A stretch of 64,000 nt of DNA, from UHGV virus genome UHGV-0084588; one strand, given 5' to 3'. The notes under the pieces are model-generated. The model made no database searches and had not been told where the DNA came from. It saw only the letters and a list, made by a program, of their open reading frames with translations. This document shows, piece by piece, positions 63,704 to 64,000 of the stretch; within the stretch, counting starts at the first letter, position 1, and the number at the start of each line of letters is the position of its first letter. This DNA is from a virus. The position numbers were made by a program, and so were the translations under genes.

Positions 63704-63916
63704 TTACTCCTCGTCTAACTCGCTGTACCATTTCGCTTTCCGAGACAGGATTCGATATTCCACATTATCGTACTCAAATACCCAGAAATAGTTATCGGGG
63801 TCTGCCTCATCGACCAGTTTTACAATGTCTAAGCTGGTTTGATACGGGTGGTATTCTTCCGCAGCAATAAGTGCCTGGAAGAATAACGCCAACCATTCGG
63901 TCGTTGTTTTCGACAT
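63704..63916 (-). CDS. hypothetical small acidic protein
   Basis: 70-aa ORF immediately upstream of 63077..63700 on the minus strand. Confidence 0.5.
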   Translation of the reverse strand: MSKTTTEWLALFFQALIAAEEYHPYQTSLDIVKLVDEADPDNYFWVFEYDNVEYRILSRKAKWYSELDEE

Positions 63917-64000
63917 ACGTGCAATATCAGGGTTAGTCGTCGCAATTAACGCATAATCCGGGATAGTTTCGTGTAAGGTCGCTTTCCGCGTATCATTTTC

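Noticed and set aside
1-64000. Prophage or mobile-element boundaries (integrase, att sites, transposase)
   Set aside because: No recombinase-like ORF or flanking direct repeats were recognised; gene content is consistent with a virulent phage genome.

Overview
This 64 kb window reads as a contiguous piece of a large, virulent, tailed dsDNA phage genome, probably infecting an enterobacterial host (GH108 lysozyme, a DUF1471/BhsA-like gene, gp38-like adhesins). Coding density is high, with about 80 CDS in long co-directional blocks separated by hairpin/T-tract terminators; I found no tRNA, rRNA, CRISPR array, integrase or transposase. All family assignments below are from motif recognition by eye and recall, not from searches, and non-CDS coordinates are approximate to within a few bases. 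Main blocks: (1) 1-3.4 kb, small hypothetical genes. (2) 3.4-11.3 kb, a receptor-binding module: a 1480-aa long tail fibre with 120-nt tandem repeats and a C-terminal S74-type intramolecular chaperone, two T2-gp38-like adhesins (one with a poly-glycine region), and a duplicated gene pair including a truncated remnant of a fibre N-terminus. (3) 11.4-19.8 kb, small genes of unknown function, several in paralogous pairs, preceded by a recurring 26-bp promoter-like motif. (4) 19.9-22.4 kb, a lysis-like module (GH108 lysozyme, DUF1353-like protein, M15 peptidase, convergent lipoprotein). (5) 23.7-44.2 kb, a minus-strand block with three giant tailspike/fibre genes (1394-1728 aa) and a shorter coiled-coil fibre sharing an N-terminal anchor motif, followed by the most unusual feature: three paralogous leader-plus-Cys/Gly/Ser-rich small proteins next to two radical SAM enzymes, a RiPP-like maturation cluster. 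(6) 44.3-47.4 kb, structural-like genes and a long structured intergenic region. (7) 47.4-64 kb, accessory genes: a four-gene paralog array, five consecutive signal-peptide proteins, an SMC/Rad50-like ATPase, three tiny membrane peptides, a GNAT-like acetyltransferase, a TARG1-like macrodomain and a secreted lytic transglycosylase.
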